Of a stretch of DNA of 64,000 nt, positions 18,514-28,381 are shown one piece after another. The translations under genes and the position numbers were made by a program. The notes below the pieces were generated by a model. That model was not told the origin of the DNA. It did no database searches and saw nothing but the letters and a program-made list of their open reading frames with translations. The stretch's first letter is position 1. Each line of letters opens with the position of its first letter. Origin of the DNA: Polyangiales bacterium (GTDB lineage Bacteria > Myxococcota_A > Polyangia > Polyangiales > JADJQN01); NCBI GenBank assembly GCA_964202905.1, contig CAXNJO010000006.1, positions 32,001 to 96,000 of the forward strand, in the 5' to 3' direction.

Positions 18514-21459
18514 TCACCGGCAGGTCGCGGTCACGCCGCACTCGAAGCGGAGCGCCGGCGACGCGGCGAGCAGCCCATCGCGGGCCGTCACGCCGCGCCA
18601 CGTCTCGACGAAGTTGAAGCCGACGAACGACGCGTCGATGAGGCTCTCGTCGGTGGACAGCGGGCGCACGCCGGGGAACTCGCCGGCCTCGCCGAGCGCC
18701 GCGCGGAAGGGATCGAGTACGAAGTAGGAGTCGCTGACCGCGACGCGCGTGCTGGCGTTGAGCGCGCCCGCCCAGCCGCCGACCGCGGGGCCGGGTGCAT
18801 CGGTGCCGCCCCAGGTGGCGGCGGCGTAGGTGCGCGCGACGACCGGCCCTTCGGTGCCGATCGACGTGTACCAGCCGAAGAGTCCGCCCGCCGCGCCGCC
18901 GCTGCCGACGGCGATCGTCGAGAGCGCGTAGGCGTCGGACACGCCGCCGAGCGTCGCGCCGGCCCTCATCGTGATGCGCCCGATCAGACCGCCGACGACG
19001 TTGCCGCCGCGCACCGTGCCGTAGGCCGCGGCGAGCTCGAGCGTCGAGGTCGCGTAGGCCTCACGCGTGCCCTCGAGGCCGCCGACGTATGTCGCGCCGG
19101 AGACGTCGGCGCGTGCCCACACCGAGCGCGTCCGACACTTGTTGTAGCCCGCGAGCCCACCCACGTTGTCGCGCCCGGCGATGCGCGCGGCGTCGACGGA
19201 GAGGTCCTCCATCGTGTTGCCGCCCTCGCAGGCGCCGACGAGTCCTCCGACCATCAGCAACCCCGAGACGCTTCCGCGGAAGTTCGTGCGGACGAGCGAC
19301 CCGCTGCCGCCCATGTAGCCGATGGCCCCGCCGGCGAACGTCCAGCCGCTGATGGCACGTCCCGCGTCGTCCCAGACGACGGTGCCGTCCACGCTGCCGT
19401 CGAACGTGTTGCCTCCGTAGGAGACGCCGACGAGCCCGCCCACGCCCGAGTCGAACGTGGTGCCCACGCGGGCGCCGTTCCCGGTCGAGGAGACGCTGCC
19501 CCTGAACACGCCGCGCTCGACGGTGCCGGCGTCGCTCTGACCGACGAGCCCGCCGACGCTCGCGTCGCCGAGGACGACGCCCGACACGGTGACGTCGGAC
19601 AGCCGACCCGTCGCGGCGAGGAAGCCGGCGAGGCTGCCCACGACGCCGCCGCCCGCGATGTTCACGGCCTCGACCACGACCCGGCTCACCGAGCCCGAGA
19701 TGCCCGTGCCGAAGATCCCGACCCCGACGCCCGAGACGGGGGATCCCTTAATCGCATAGTTTCGGATCAGGAGTCCCGCGCCGTCGTAGACGCCCGCGAA
19801 GGACGTCTCCGGCGGCCCGAGCGTGCCGAGCGGCCCGAAGTCGAGGTCGCGCCGCTGCACGAACGCCGTGCTCGACGTGATGCAGAACGCCCCGGCGGCG
19901 TCCGCTCGCACGATCCCGCTGGTGCACGCGCCTGCGGACGTCATCGCGAGGAAGTGCTCCGGCGTGCAGATGCGGTACGGGTCGTCGGGCCTGCCGCTGC
20001 CGCCGCCGAAGCCGCGTGCGTCGGTGTAGGGCGTCTCGTCGACGAGGCCGTTGCAGTTGTCGTCGTCGCCGCAGATCTCCACGGCGCCCGGGTGGATGCG
20101 CGGGTTCGTGGGCGCGCAGTCGCCGCTGTTCGGCGCGCCGCCCGTGGTCGCGCACGCGGGCAGCGGCGCGGCCGGGTCGCCGTAGCCATCGCCATCGACG
20201 TCCGCGTAGCGCTGCACGGCCGCGGGGCGGAGACCGTCGTCGACGCGGCCGTCCCCGTCGTTGTCGAGGCCGTCGCAGGTCTCGATGTCCTCGACGTCGG
20301 GGATGCCGTCGTCGTCGGTGTCGGCGCCGCCGCAAGCCGGGGGCGTCGCACCGGTCGCGGCGTCGGGCGCGCAGGCCACGCACTCGGCGCCGCGGATGCA
20401 CACGCCCGTGACGCCGCCGCCGGCCGCGCAGGGCGAGCCGAGGCGGCGGTCGACGAAGGGCACGCACATCGGCACGGGCAGGCTGCAGTCGATGTAGCCC
20501 CAGCGGCACGGGTCGGTCGGCAGCGAGCAGACCTCCATGTAGCAGGGGGGCGGGCCGGCGTCGGTGCCCGCGTCGGGCTCGCCTGCGTCGGTGTCGCCCG
20601 CGTCGGGCTCGCCCGCGTCGAGCGCCCCGGCGTCGACATCGCCCGCGTCGGGCAGGCCCGCATCGACCTCACCGGCGTCGGCCTCGCCGGCATCGACGGA
20701 GTCCGCGTCGGGCGCGCCTGCGTCCCCGGCTGTCGGGAACGCGGGACGGCAGCCGCCTTCCACGGGGTTGGGATCGCACCACTCCGTCCCACCGCATGCA
20801 CCGGCGAGGGGGGCCTCGACGCACGCGCCGCCGACGCACTGCACCTCGGCGCACGGCGCGGCCGACGCGCACTCGCTCACGTCGTTGCAGTAGAGGATGT
20901 TCGGGCAGTCGCTCGAGGGGGCGAGCGGATCGCAGCAATGATCCGCGTACGTCGAGGGATCGTTCAGGTCGCACTCGGGATCGACGCAGCGACCCGCGAG
21001 GCACTCGCTGAAGGCGGCCGAGCCGCCTGGGCTCGGGCACATCGCGCCCACGCAGTCGCGGTCGAGGCGCACGAGCAGCGCGTAGCTCGTCGTGAAGCGC
21101 AGCCGCACCCAGCGCTCGATCAGCACGGTGCCGCCCTGCGCCTCGGGGCGGAAGAGCCGCACGCGCACCGAGCGCGTGCCCGGCGCGACGTTGTTGAACT
21201 CGGCCACGCGGCGCCCGCGCTCGAAGCGATCGGGGAAGCGCACGTCGCTCACGACCACGCGGTCGATCTCGTTGGGCTCGAATCGGCCGCCCGCCCCCGA
21301 GAAGAGGGTCGTCTCGATGCGGTCGAACTCCGGCCCGGGCACGAGGCCCGTCTGGACGTCGATCGAGAGGCTCTCGCCGTCGCTCGCGCACGCGGCGAGC
21401 GCGAGGGGGAGCGTGACGGCGAGCGCGAGGAACGCGGAGCGGAGGGTCGGGAAGCGCAT
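18514..21459 (-). CDS. Large multidomain surface lipoprotein (Cys-rich region, DAG linker, MopE-like putative metal-binding repeats, GLUG/beta-helix region)
   Basis: Start MRFPTLRSAFLALAVTLPLALAAC; ETCDGLDNDGDGRVDD and YADVDGDGYGD; FGGGSGRPDDPYRIC; repeated VGGLVG/VGGLAG. Confidence 0.8.
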   Translation of the reverse strand: MRFPTLRSAFLALAVTLPLALAACASDGESLSIDVQTGLVPGPEFDRIETTLFSGAGGRFEPNEIDRVVVSDVRFPDRFERGRRVAEFNNVAPGTRSVRVRLFRPEAQGGTVLIERWVRLRFTTSYALLVRLDRDCVGAMCPSPGGSAAFSECLAGRCVDPECDLNDPSTYADHCCDPLAPSSDCPNILYCNDVSECASAAPCAEVQCVGGACVEAPLAGACGGTEWCDPNPVEGGCRPAFPTAGDAGAPDADSVDAGEADAGEVDAGLPDAGDVDAGALDAGEPDAGDTDAGEPDAGTDAGPPPCYMEVCSLPTDPCRWGYIDCSLPVPMCVPFVDRRLGSPCAAGGGVTGVCIRGAECVACAPDAATGATPPACGGADTDDDGIPDVEDIETCDGLDNDGDGRVDDGLRPAAVQRYADVDGDGYGDPAAPLPACATTGGAPNSGDCAPTNPRIHPGAVEICGDDDNCNGLVDETPYTDARGFGGGSGRPDDPYRICTPEHFLAMTSAGACTSGIVRADAAGAFCITSSTAFVQRRDLDFGPLGTLGPPETSFAGVYDGAGLLIRNYAIKGSPVSGVGVGIFGTGISGSVSRVVVEAVNIAGGGVVGSLAGFLAATGRLSDVTVSGVVLGDASVGGLVGQSDAGTVERGVFRGSVSSTGNGARVGTTFDSGVGGLVGVSYGGNTFDGSVDGTVVWDDAGRAISGWTFAGGAIGYMGGSGSLVRTNFRGSVSGLLMVGGLVGACEGGNTMEDLSVDAARIAGRDNVGGLAGYNKCRTRSVWARADVSGATYVGGLEGTREAYATSTLELAAAYGTVRGGNVVGGLIGRITMRAGATLGGVSDAYALSTIAVGSGGAAGGLFGWYTSIGTEGPVVARTYAAATWGGTDAPGPAVGGWAGALNASTRVAVSDSYFVLDPFRAALGEAGEFPGVRPLSTDESLIDASFVGFNFVETWRGVTARDGLLAASPALRFECGVTATCR
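20555..20730 (-). repeat. Degenerate 15-bp (5-aa) coding repeat encoding a (DAGxx)n linker
   Basis: DAGAPDADSVDAGEADAGEVDAGLPDAGDVDAGALDAGEPDAGDTDAGEPDAGTDAG. Confidence 0.85.
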
Positions 21460-21551
21460 CGTGGGGCTCGTGGGGATGGCGGTGTCGGCCGTGTTGTCGG
21501 GTTGGAACGTGTTGCGGGGTGCGTGTCGTCCGGGCGTCGCGCCCGCCGCCG

Positions 21552-22139
21552 TCAGAGCTCGCAGAGGTGGACGCCGTCCGTGCACCAGGTCGCCATCTCG
21601 CCCTCGCGGCAGCCGGCGATGTCGCAGCGGTCGATCTCGGCGGGCGTGACGGGCGTCGTCGCCGGGGGCGTCGTCGCGTCGAGGCGGTAGCGCGTGACGA
21701 CGCCTTCGTAGAACACGCGCGGCAGCACGAATTGCAGCTCGGTGCGCGGGTCCGCGGGCGTCCCCTCGCACGCCGCCAGCGTCTCGCAGTAGAGGACGCG
21801 TACCGCGAGCGGGCGCGTGAGCTGCGCGGGCTGCGCGAGCACGCTGAGGCGCAGCGTCTGGGGCGTCGCCCCGAGCGTCACGGTCGCGCTCGGCACGTCG
21901 GCCGCCCAGTCGGATTCGAAGTCGGTCGTGTCGGACTCGAGCTGCACCGTGACCGCGCCGATCGCCGTGCCACCCACGAGCGTGCCCGCCGCGGGGAGCT
22001 CGACGTCGAGGTCGAAGACGGCGTTCTCGGTGCAAGCGGCGCAGAGCAGCGCGAGGGCTGCGAGCGCGGCCACGCGGAGCGCGGCGTGGCGCGGGCGACC
22101 GTCGACGGGCGCGGCGGGGCGGCGGCGCTGGGCGGTCAC
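21552..22139 (-). CDS. Hypothetical lipoprotein
   Basis: GTG start overlaps the upstream stop (GTGA); LALLCAAC lipobox; C-terminal Cys cluster RCDIAGC..WC..HLCE. Confidence 0.75.
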   Translation of the reverse strand: MTAQRRRPAAPVDGRPRHAALRVAALAALALLCAACTENAVFDLDVELPAAGTLVGGTAIGAVTVQLESDTTDFESDWAADVPSATVTLGATPQTLRLSVLAQPAQLTRPLAVRVLYCETLAACEGTPADPRTELQFVLPRVFYEGVVTRYRLDATTPPATTPVTPAEIDRCDIAGCREGEMATWCTDGVHLCEL

Positions 22140-22957
22140 AGGCTCACCGCCACGCGACCGGCCGTCGCGTCGAGCTGCGCGTCGTCCTGCATCCAGAAGC
22201 CCACGCCCACGCCGGCGCCCACCACGACGACGGCGGCGATCGAGATCCAGATCCACGCCGAGCTGCCCGACGACGCGCGCGCCGGGGCCCGCGCGGGGGC
22301 GGGCGTGGTCACGGCGAGCGGGGACGGGCTGAGCGCGACGTCCTCGGTGGCGCCGTCCGCGAGCACGCCCTCCCAGCGGGCGCTCGCGTGCGCCGGCGCG
22401 CTCGCCTCGAGCACGTGCGTGCCCGGGTCCACCGAGAGGACCAGCGGGCGCTCGGTGCCCGTCGGCGTGAGGCGCCCGTCGAGCCGCAGCTCGAGGCGCT
22501 CGAGCGGCGGCAGTCCGCTCACGCGGAGGCGCGCGACGCGGTTGGATTCCTCGCGGAGGAGGCGCTCCGCCTCGGCGTGCGTGTCGTCGTCGAGCGGGTG
22601 GTCCCGCAGCAGTCGCAGCAGCACGTCGCGCGACGCCACGTGGCGCCCGAGCGCGCGCAGCGTGGTGGCGACGTTGAAGAGCGCGCTCGGCACGCGGGCG
22701 AGCTCGTAGGCGCGCTCGAACTCGCGCAGCGCGTCGCTCCAGCGGACCTCGTCGGCGGCCGCGAGGCCGCGGGCATACGCCGCGCGCCCCTCGGCGAAGC
22801 GGGCCTCGGCACTCGCCGTGCCCACGTCGATCGCCGCGCCCGATGCGGGCGGCGCGGTGGCCTCCTGCGCGTGGGCGAGGGCGCCCGGCACCGCGAGCGC
22901 GGCGACGAGCAGGGCGAGCCGCGCGAGCGTGCGCGGCAGGAAAGACAAACGGTTCAC
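22136..22957 (-). CDS. TPR plus PEGA-like domain protein with C-terminal membrane anchor
   Basis: Signal peptide ending AHA-Q; TPR-like ALREFERAYEL..PSALFNVA; LSVDPGTHVLEASAP; TM WIWISIAAVVVVGAGVGVG; GTGA overlap with the kinase stop. Confidence 0.8.
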   Translation of the reverse strand: MNRLSFLPRTLARLALLVAALAVPGALAHAQEATAPPASGAAIDVGTASAEARFAEGRAAYARGLAAADEVRWSDALREFERAYELARVPSALFNVATTLRALGRHVASRDVLLRLLRDHPLDDDTHAEAERLLREESNRVARLRVSGLPPLERLELRLDGRLTPTGTERPLVLSVDPGTHVLEASAPAHASARWEGVLADGATEDVALSPSPLAVTTPAPARAPARASSGSSAWIWISIAAVVVVGAGVGVGFWMQDDAQLDATAGRVAVSL

Positions 22958-24681
22958 GGGTGGGCCAGCTCTCGTTCGAAGGTGTCCATGCCGCGGAGGG
23001 CCCCGCGTCGCGTCGTCGTGTCGGCGGGGGGCGCAGCGGTCGCGGTCGTCGCGGGGGGTGGGGCCGCCGTCGGGGAGGCGGCGTGCGCCTCGCGCGCCGC
23101 GTCGGTCGCTCCGCGTCGACGTGTCCGCGCGCGCGGCGCGTCTTCTTCCCATGGAACGAGGATTTCCGTCGCCGGGTACGCGGGCGGGACCTCGGGGGTG
23201 GGCGCATCCACACGCGCAGCCGCGGGGCCGGTCGCGTCGGTCGCGTCGGTCGCCATGGTCGGGGTCGGGGTCGGGCGCGCGGTCGTCGACTCGGGTGCAG
23301 GCGTCTCAGCGGTCGACGTCTCGGGCGTGGGGGACGTCGTCGCGGCGTCGGACACGGCCTCGCCGGGCGGCGCCTCGTGCGCGTTCCTGCTCAGGAACCA
23401 TCCGCCGACCGCGAGGCCGATCACGCCGCACAGCGCGAGCGCGGCGAGGGCATGCTTCGGCGAGAGGCCGCGCGCCGGGGCGGGGGCCTCCTGCGCCACC
23501 GCGGCGCGGCGGGCGGCCAGCGACGTGCGCACCGCGCTGCCGTCTTCGCCGCCAGCGTCGTCCACCTCGATGTCCAGCGCGGCCGGATCCTCAGTCGCCA
23601 CGGGTACTTGCGCGCCCGGTGCGCTCACGCGTCCGCGCGCGCCCGACGCCGACACGGATGGCGTGTGCTCCTGCTCGAAGCCGGCGACGGCGCCCTCGAT
23701 GCGGGCACGGAGCGCGTCGAGCCGTGGGCCCTCGGCGCGCTGCAGCCAGACCTCGATGTCGCCGCGATCGGTGCGCGTGCCCCCTGCGGCGGCGCGCAGC
23801 GCGCGGGAGAAGTCCGCGGCCGTCGCGACGCGCTTCGTGAGGTCGCGCTCGAGCGCGCTCGCCACCGCGTCCGCGACGGCCTTCGTGCAGCCGTAGGCGG
23901 GCTCGTCGAGGCGCGGGATCGGCTTCCCCCGCACGGCCTCGAGCGTGGTGAGCGGGTTCTCCGTCGCGAAGAGGCGCTGCGCCGCGAGCGTCTCCCAGGC
24001 GACGACGCCGAGCGCGAACACGTCCGCGCGCGCGTCGAGCTCGGCCGCGTTCGCCTGCTCGGGCGAGAAGTACGCGAACTTCCCCTTCAACTCGCCGGTG
24101 TTGGTGCGCGTGAGGCGGTTCAGGGCCCGCGCGACGCCGAAGTCCGTGATGCGCGCGCGCCCGTCCGTGCCGAGCAGCACGTTCTGCGGGGAGATGTCGC
24201 GGTGCACGATGCCGAGCGGCACGCCCGTCGCGCTCCGCGCCTCGTGCGCGTCGTGGAGCCCGTCGGCGGCCTGCGCGAGGATCTCGACCGCGATGGCCAC
24301 GGGCACGCGCTCGCCCCGCGCGAAGACGCTGCGCAGGAGCTGCGCGAGCGAGAGCCCGACGATCAGCTCCATCACGAGGAAGGGCGCGTCGTTCTCGTCG
24401 ACCCCGAGATCGAGCGTGGGCACGACGTGCGGGCTGTTGATGTCGGCCGCGATGCGCGCCTCGTCGAGGAACATCTGGACAAAGTGCTCGTCCGTGCCGA
24501 GGTGCGGCAGCATCCGCTTGATCGCGACGAGCTTGCGGAAGCCGCGCTCGCCGCGCTGCGCGCCGACGTAGACCTCGGCCATGCCGCCCGCAGCGATGCG
24601 GAAGAGCAGCCGGTAGCGCCCGAGCGTCCCGCTGTCCGCTGCGCGCTGCGCCGCCAGCCCGCGCCCCGCCGCTTCGCCCAT
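22954..24681 (-). CDS. Transmembrane Hanks-type Ser/Thr protein kinase (Pkn-like)
   Basis: GRYRLLFRIAAGGMAEVY, VAIKR, HRDISPQN, DFGVA, GKFAYFSPEQ, DVFALG; one TM; Thr/Pro-rich C-terminus. Confidence 0.95.
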   Translation of the reverse strand: MGEAAGRGLAAQRAADSGTLGRYRLLFRIAAGGMAEVYVGAQRGERGFRKLVAIKRMLPHLGTDEHFVQMFLDEARIAADINSPHVVPTLDLGVDENDAPFLVMELIVGLSLAQLLRSVFARGERVPVAIAVEILAQAADGLHDAHEARSATGVPLGIVHRDISPQNVLLGTDGRARITDFGVARALNRLTRTNTGELKGKFAYFSPEQANAAELDARADVFALGVVAWETLAAQRLFATENPLTTLEAVRGKPIPRLDEPAYGCTKAVADAVASALERDLTKRVATAADFSRALRAAAGGTRTDRGDIEVWLQRAEGPRLDALRARIEGAVAGFEQEHTPSVSASGARGRVSAPGAQVPVATEDPAALDIEVDDAGGEDGSAVRTSLAARRAAVAQEAPAPARGLSPKHALAALALCGVIGLAVGGWFLSRNAHEAPPGEAVSDAATTSPTPETSTAETPAPESTTARPTPTPTMATDATDATGPAAARVDAPTPEVPPAYPATEILVPWEEDAPRARTRRRGATDAAREAHAASPTAAPPPATTATAAPPADTTTRRGALRGMDTFERELAHP

Positions 24682-24868
24682 GCGGCCGACGCTATCACAC
24701 GCCCGCCTCGCGCTGCACGCGCGTGATGTCGCGTGCCGAGCGGGGCTGCGCGAAAAAGAGCGCGTGGCGTGTCCGAGGCGCCCGGATGCGGCCGCAGGGG
24801 GGCGTGAAGGCCGGGAGGCACCGCGCAGCGGGCCCCGGTCACCACCACCCCCACCCCTGAGGTCCGCC

Positions 24869-25774
24869 ATGTCGCGTTCGTCGTCGTCTGGCTCCGTTCG
24901 CGTTCTCCTTTCCCCCCTCTCCACCCGCCCGGCGCTCGCCGCGCGCCGCACGATCGTCGTCGGTGACGTCCACGGCGACCTCGTGGGCCTCGAGCACGTG
25001 CTGCGGCACGCCGGTCTCCTCGACGCCGTGGGCCGCTGGTGCGGGGGCGGCGCGCGCCTCGTGCAGCTCGGCGACTGCATCGATCGCGGCCACCAGTCGG
25101 CCGAGGTGCTCGACCTGCTCCGCCGCCTGCAGGACGACGCGCCGGCGCACGGCGGCGAGGTCGTGCGCCTGATCGGCAACCACGAGATGGAGCCGATGCG
25201 CGGGGAGTTCGCCTACATGCAGAACGTCCGCGACCCGCGCGGCGTGCGCGCGCGGCTCCTCGCGGAGGCCGCCGAGGGGCGGCTCGTCGCCGCGGCCGAG
25301 GTCGAGGGCTGGCTGTGCATCCATGGCGGCCTGCGCCCCGCGCTCGGGCGCCAGCTCCGGCGCGAGGCGCGCGCGGCGGGGCACGGCGAGGGGCTCGGCG
25401 CGCTCGTCGCGCAGGCGAACGACGTCCTCGTCGTCGCGGTGCACACCGACGACTTCTCGCACGCGCTCTTCGCGCACCGCACGGGCGGCCTGTGGACGTA
25501 CGCGGACGCGCTCGCGACGAGCGGCGGCGCGGCGCGCGTCCCGCAGATCGTCGGGCACAGCGTCAAGGCGACGCCCTTCGGGCTCGACGGGATCCTCTGC
25601 GCCGATCAGGGGCTCTCGTACCGCATGTGCCACACGCGCGGCTACCTCTCGCTCGCCGCGGGCCGCGTGAACTGGGTCCGGGAACGCGCCGCGGGGTGCT
25701 GGTCCGACTCGTCGCGCGCGCTCGACGATCTCTGGACCGTGCGGGTGGCGGCGACGGGCTCGAGCGCGGCGTGA
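24869..25774 (+). CDS. Calcineurin-like metallophosphoesterase (PPP/Shewanella-like phosphatase type)
   Basis: GDVHGD, LGDCIDRG, GNHE, IHGG and VGHS motifs. Confidence 0.88.
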   Translation: MSRSSSSGSVRVLLSPLSTRPALAARRTIVVGDVHGDLVGLEHVLRHAGLLDAVGRWCGGGARLVQLGDCIDRGHQSAEVLDLLRRLQDDAPAHGGEVVRLIGNHEMEPMRGEFAYMQNVRDPRGVRARLLAEAAEGRLVAAAEVEGWLCIHGGLRPALGRQLRREARAAGHGEGLGALVAQANDVLVVAVHTDDFSHALFAHRTGGLWTYADALATSGGAARVPQIVGHSVKATPFGLDGILCADQGLSYRMCHTRGYLSLAAGRVNWVRERAAGCWSDSSRALDDLWTVRVAATGSSAA

Positions 25775-25862
25775 CGCGTCGCGCGCCGCGCCGACAGGTA
25801 GGCGTGTGTCGGAACGTGCAGGCCGCGTGGGTGGCGCGCTCGTTGCGTAGTGGTGCGACCCC

Positions 25863-27012
25863 ATGGCCCTCCGGCGACTCCCGTCCTCGCTCGCGCTCTT
25901 CCCGCTGGTCGCCTTCGGCCCGCTGGTCGCTCTCGGCTGCACGGCCGGGACGGACGACGCGCCCCCGAATCGCCCGCCCGTCGTCGCCTTCGACGATGCA
26001 GGCGTCGACGACGACGTGAGCCCCGCGCACGACGACTACGTACCGCCCGCGGACCCGACCGTCACCACGGATGGAGACACCGGTCCCCAGGAGGTGCCGC
26101 TCGACTCGGCCTACGCGCTCATCACGGGGATGACCGTCGCGCAGGCCGTGAACGCCTCGTGCTCGACCACGATCGTCGCGGGCCTCAGCGCCCAGCTCGT
26201 CGGCGAGCTCGAGTGCCTGCGGCCCGGCACGATGGGCTCCCTCGCAGGCGCGTCGAACATCGCGCGCGGCGCGGCGGCCTCGGCGAGCCTGCAGGCGCCG
26301 GCGGCGTCGGCCCTGCGGCGCGCGGCGCTGCGGCGCTCGGTGCGCCTCTCGGTCAACTCGGGGCTCCGCACGCTCGCGCAGCAGTATCTGCTCTACCGCT
26401 GGGCGGGGGTGCGCTGCGGCGTGAGCATCGCGGCGGCGCCCGGGCGCAGCAACCACAACGGCGGGCTCGCCGTCGACATCGAGGACAACGCGGGCTGGCG
26501 CCGCGTGCTCGAGGCCGAGGGCTTCCGCTGGCTCGGCGCGCGCGACCCTGTTCACTTCGACTACGTCGGCGCGGGCGCGATCGACATCCGCGCGCTCTCG
26601 GTGCAGGCCTTCCAGCGGCTCTGGAACCGCAACAACCCAAGCGACACCATCGCAGTCGATGGCAATTACGGGCCGGCGACCGAGTCGCGGCTCCGGCAGG
26701 CCCCTGCGGCGGGCTTCGCGAGCGGCCCGTCGTGCGGCGCCCCGACGCCGGCCCCGAGCCCCGCACCGATGCCCGCGCCCGAGCCGTCGCCCGCGCCTGC
26801 GCCCGCGCCCGCGCCTGCGCCCGCACTGCGCCTGCGCCTGCGCCTGCGCCTGCGCGCGCCTGCGGGCACCTCCGCACAGCTTCGGCGGCGTCTACGCGGA
26901 CCGCGCGTGCTCGGCGAGCTACCAGTGCTGCGACGGCGCGTGGCGGACGCGCGGCGGCTGCGGCGGGTGCGCGTGCGTCGAGGCGAGCGGCGGCACCGGC
27001 TGCAGCCCCTGA
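25863..27012 (+). CDS. M15-family (D-Ala-D-Ala carboxypeptidase-like) lipoprotein with PG-binding-like helix, Pro/Ala linker and Cys-rich tail; apparent frameshift(s) at about 26826-26876
   Basis: Lipobox ALGC; VNSGLRTLAQQ, AAPGRSNHNGGLAVDI, DPVHFDY; QAFQRLWN..VDGNYGPAT; tail HSFGGVYADRACSASYQCC.. in another frame ending at 27012. Confidence 0.75.
26746..26863 (+). repeat. 6-bp (Pro-Ala) low-complexity repeat linker
   Basis: Runs of CCCGCG/CCTGCG units. Confidence 0.8.
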
Positions 27013-27097
27013 CGCATCGGTCCACGCGCGCTCCCGGCCGCGAGCGGCGTCGGGCTTCGCTTGCGGGCCGCGGGGGCCGGCCCCATCGTCCCCCGGC

Positions 27098-28264
27098 GTG
27101 CGCATCGAGCTCCACGGCGACCTCTCGCGGATCGACCCCGACGCGTGGGACGCCCTCACCGGCGACGACGACCCGTTCATCGAGCACGCCTTCCTGCGGA
27201 CGCTCGAGACGAGCGGCTCGGTCGGCGGCGACACGGGCTGGGACCCGCTGCACGTCACCGTGTGGGACGGCGCGGCGCTCGTGGCGGCGCTGCCGCTCTA
27301 CGTGAAGGCGCACTCGTACGGGGAGTTCATCTTCGACTTCGCGTGGGCCAACGCGTCGCACCGCGCCGGGCTCCCCTACTACCCGAAGCTCGTGTCGATG
27401 ACGCCCTTCACGCCGGCGACGGGGCGCCGCGTGCTGCGCGCGCCCGGCCGCGATCCCGAGCCGCTCGTCGCGGCGCTGCTCGCGGGCGTGCAGGCGGCCG
27501 CGGAGCAGGCGGGCGCGTCGGGCGCGCACCTGCTGTTCGTCCCCGAGGAGGAGCGCGCGCTCTTCGGCCCGCACGACGCGGTGCGCGAGCGGCTCTCGTA
27601 CCAGTTCCACTGGCACGGCGCGGGTGACCGCACCTTCGAGGACTACCTCGCCCGCTTCCGCGCGGAGGTCCGCAAACAGGTCCGGAAGGAGCGCCGCAGC
27701 GTCGCCGAGAGCGGCCTCGCGGTGCGCGTCGTCGAGGGGCCGGACCTGAGCCCGGCGGAGTGGGAGACGCTCGACCTCTTCTACCGCGACACCTGCGCGC
27801 GCAAGGGCTCCGAGGCGTACCTCGCGCCGCCGTTCTTCGCGCAGCTGCGCGCGACCCGGGCGGTGCAGCGGGTCGTCGCCGTGCTCGCGTACGAGGGCGG
27901 GACGCCCGTCGCCGGCACGCTCAACTTCGAGAAGGGGCGGCACCTCTACGGCCGCTACTGGGGCTGCCTCGCGCAGCACGACGCCCTCCACTTCGAGCTC
28001 TGTTACTACCAGCTGATCGAGCGCGCGATCGCGCGCGGCCACGTGCGCTTCGAGGCGGGCGCGCAGGGTGAACACAAGATCAAGCGCGGCCTCGTGCCCT
28101 CGCCCGTGTACAGCGTGCACTGGCTCGCGCAGCGGGTGCTTTCGGAGGCCGTGCGGGATTTCCTCCCGCGCGAGGCCGTCGCGGTGCGGCGCGAGATGGC
28201 GATGCTCGACACGCAGTCGCCGTTCCACCGCGGCCCGGCGAAGACACCGCCCTCGGGCGCCTAG
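27098..28264 (+). CDS. GNAT-fold FemAB-like (DUF482-type) protein
   Basis: PFIEHAFL, PLYVKAHSYGEFIFDFAWA, YYPKL..PFTPATG, QFHW, LYGRYWG, LHFELCYYQ, FEAGAQGEHK. Confidence 0.9.
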   Translation: MRIELHGDLSRIDPDAWDALTGDDDPFIEHAFLRTLETSGSVGGDTGWDPLHVTVWDGAALVAALPLYVKAHSYGEFIFDFAWANASHRAGLPYYPKLVSMTPFTPATGRRVLRAPGRDPEPLVAALLAGVQAAAEQAGASGAHLLFVPEEERALFGPHDAVRERLSYQFHWHGAGDRTFEDYLARFRAEVRKQVRKERRSVAESGLAVRVVEGPDLSPAEWETLDLFYRDTCARKGSEAYLAPPFFAQLRATRAVQRVVAVLAYEGGTPVAGTLNFEKGRHLYGRYWGCLAQHDALHFELCYYQLIERAIARGHVRFEAGAQGEHKIKRGLVPSPVYSVHWLAQRVLSEAVRDFLPREAVAVRREMAMLDTQSPFHRGPAKTPPSGA

Positions 28265-28339
28265 GTACCGGGCGGCCGGACGACGACGCGTCGCGCGCCG
28301 CGGACGTCCCCGCCTCGGGCGCCCGGGCTGGCCCTGCAC

Positions 28340-28381
28340 TCAAGGCCGCTGCGCGCCGTGTGTTCAAGGCCGCTGCGCGCC
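28340..28381. repeat. 18-bp direct repeat TCAAGGCCGCTGCGCGCC duplicating the 3' end and stop codon of the minus-strand gene
   Basis: Copies at 28340-28357 and 28364-28381. Confidence 0.9.
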
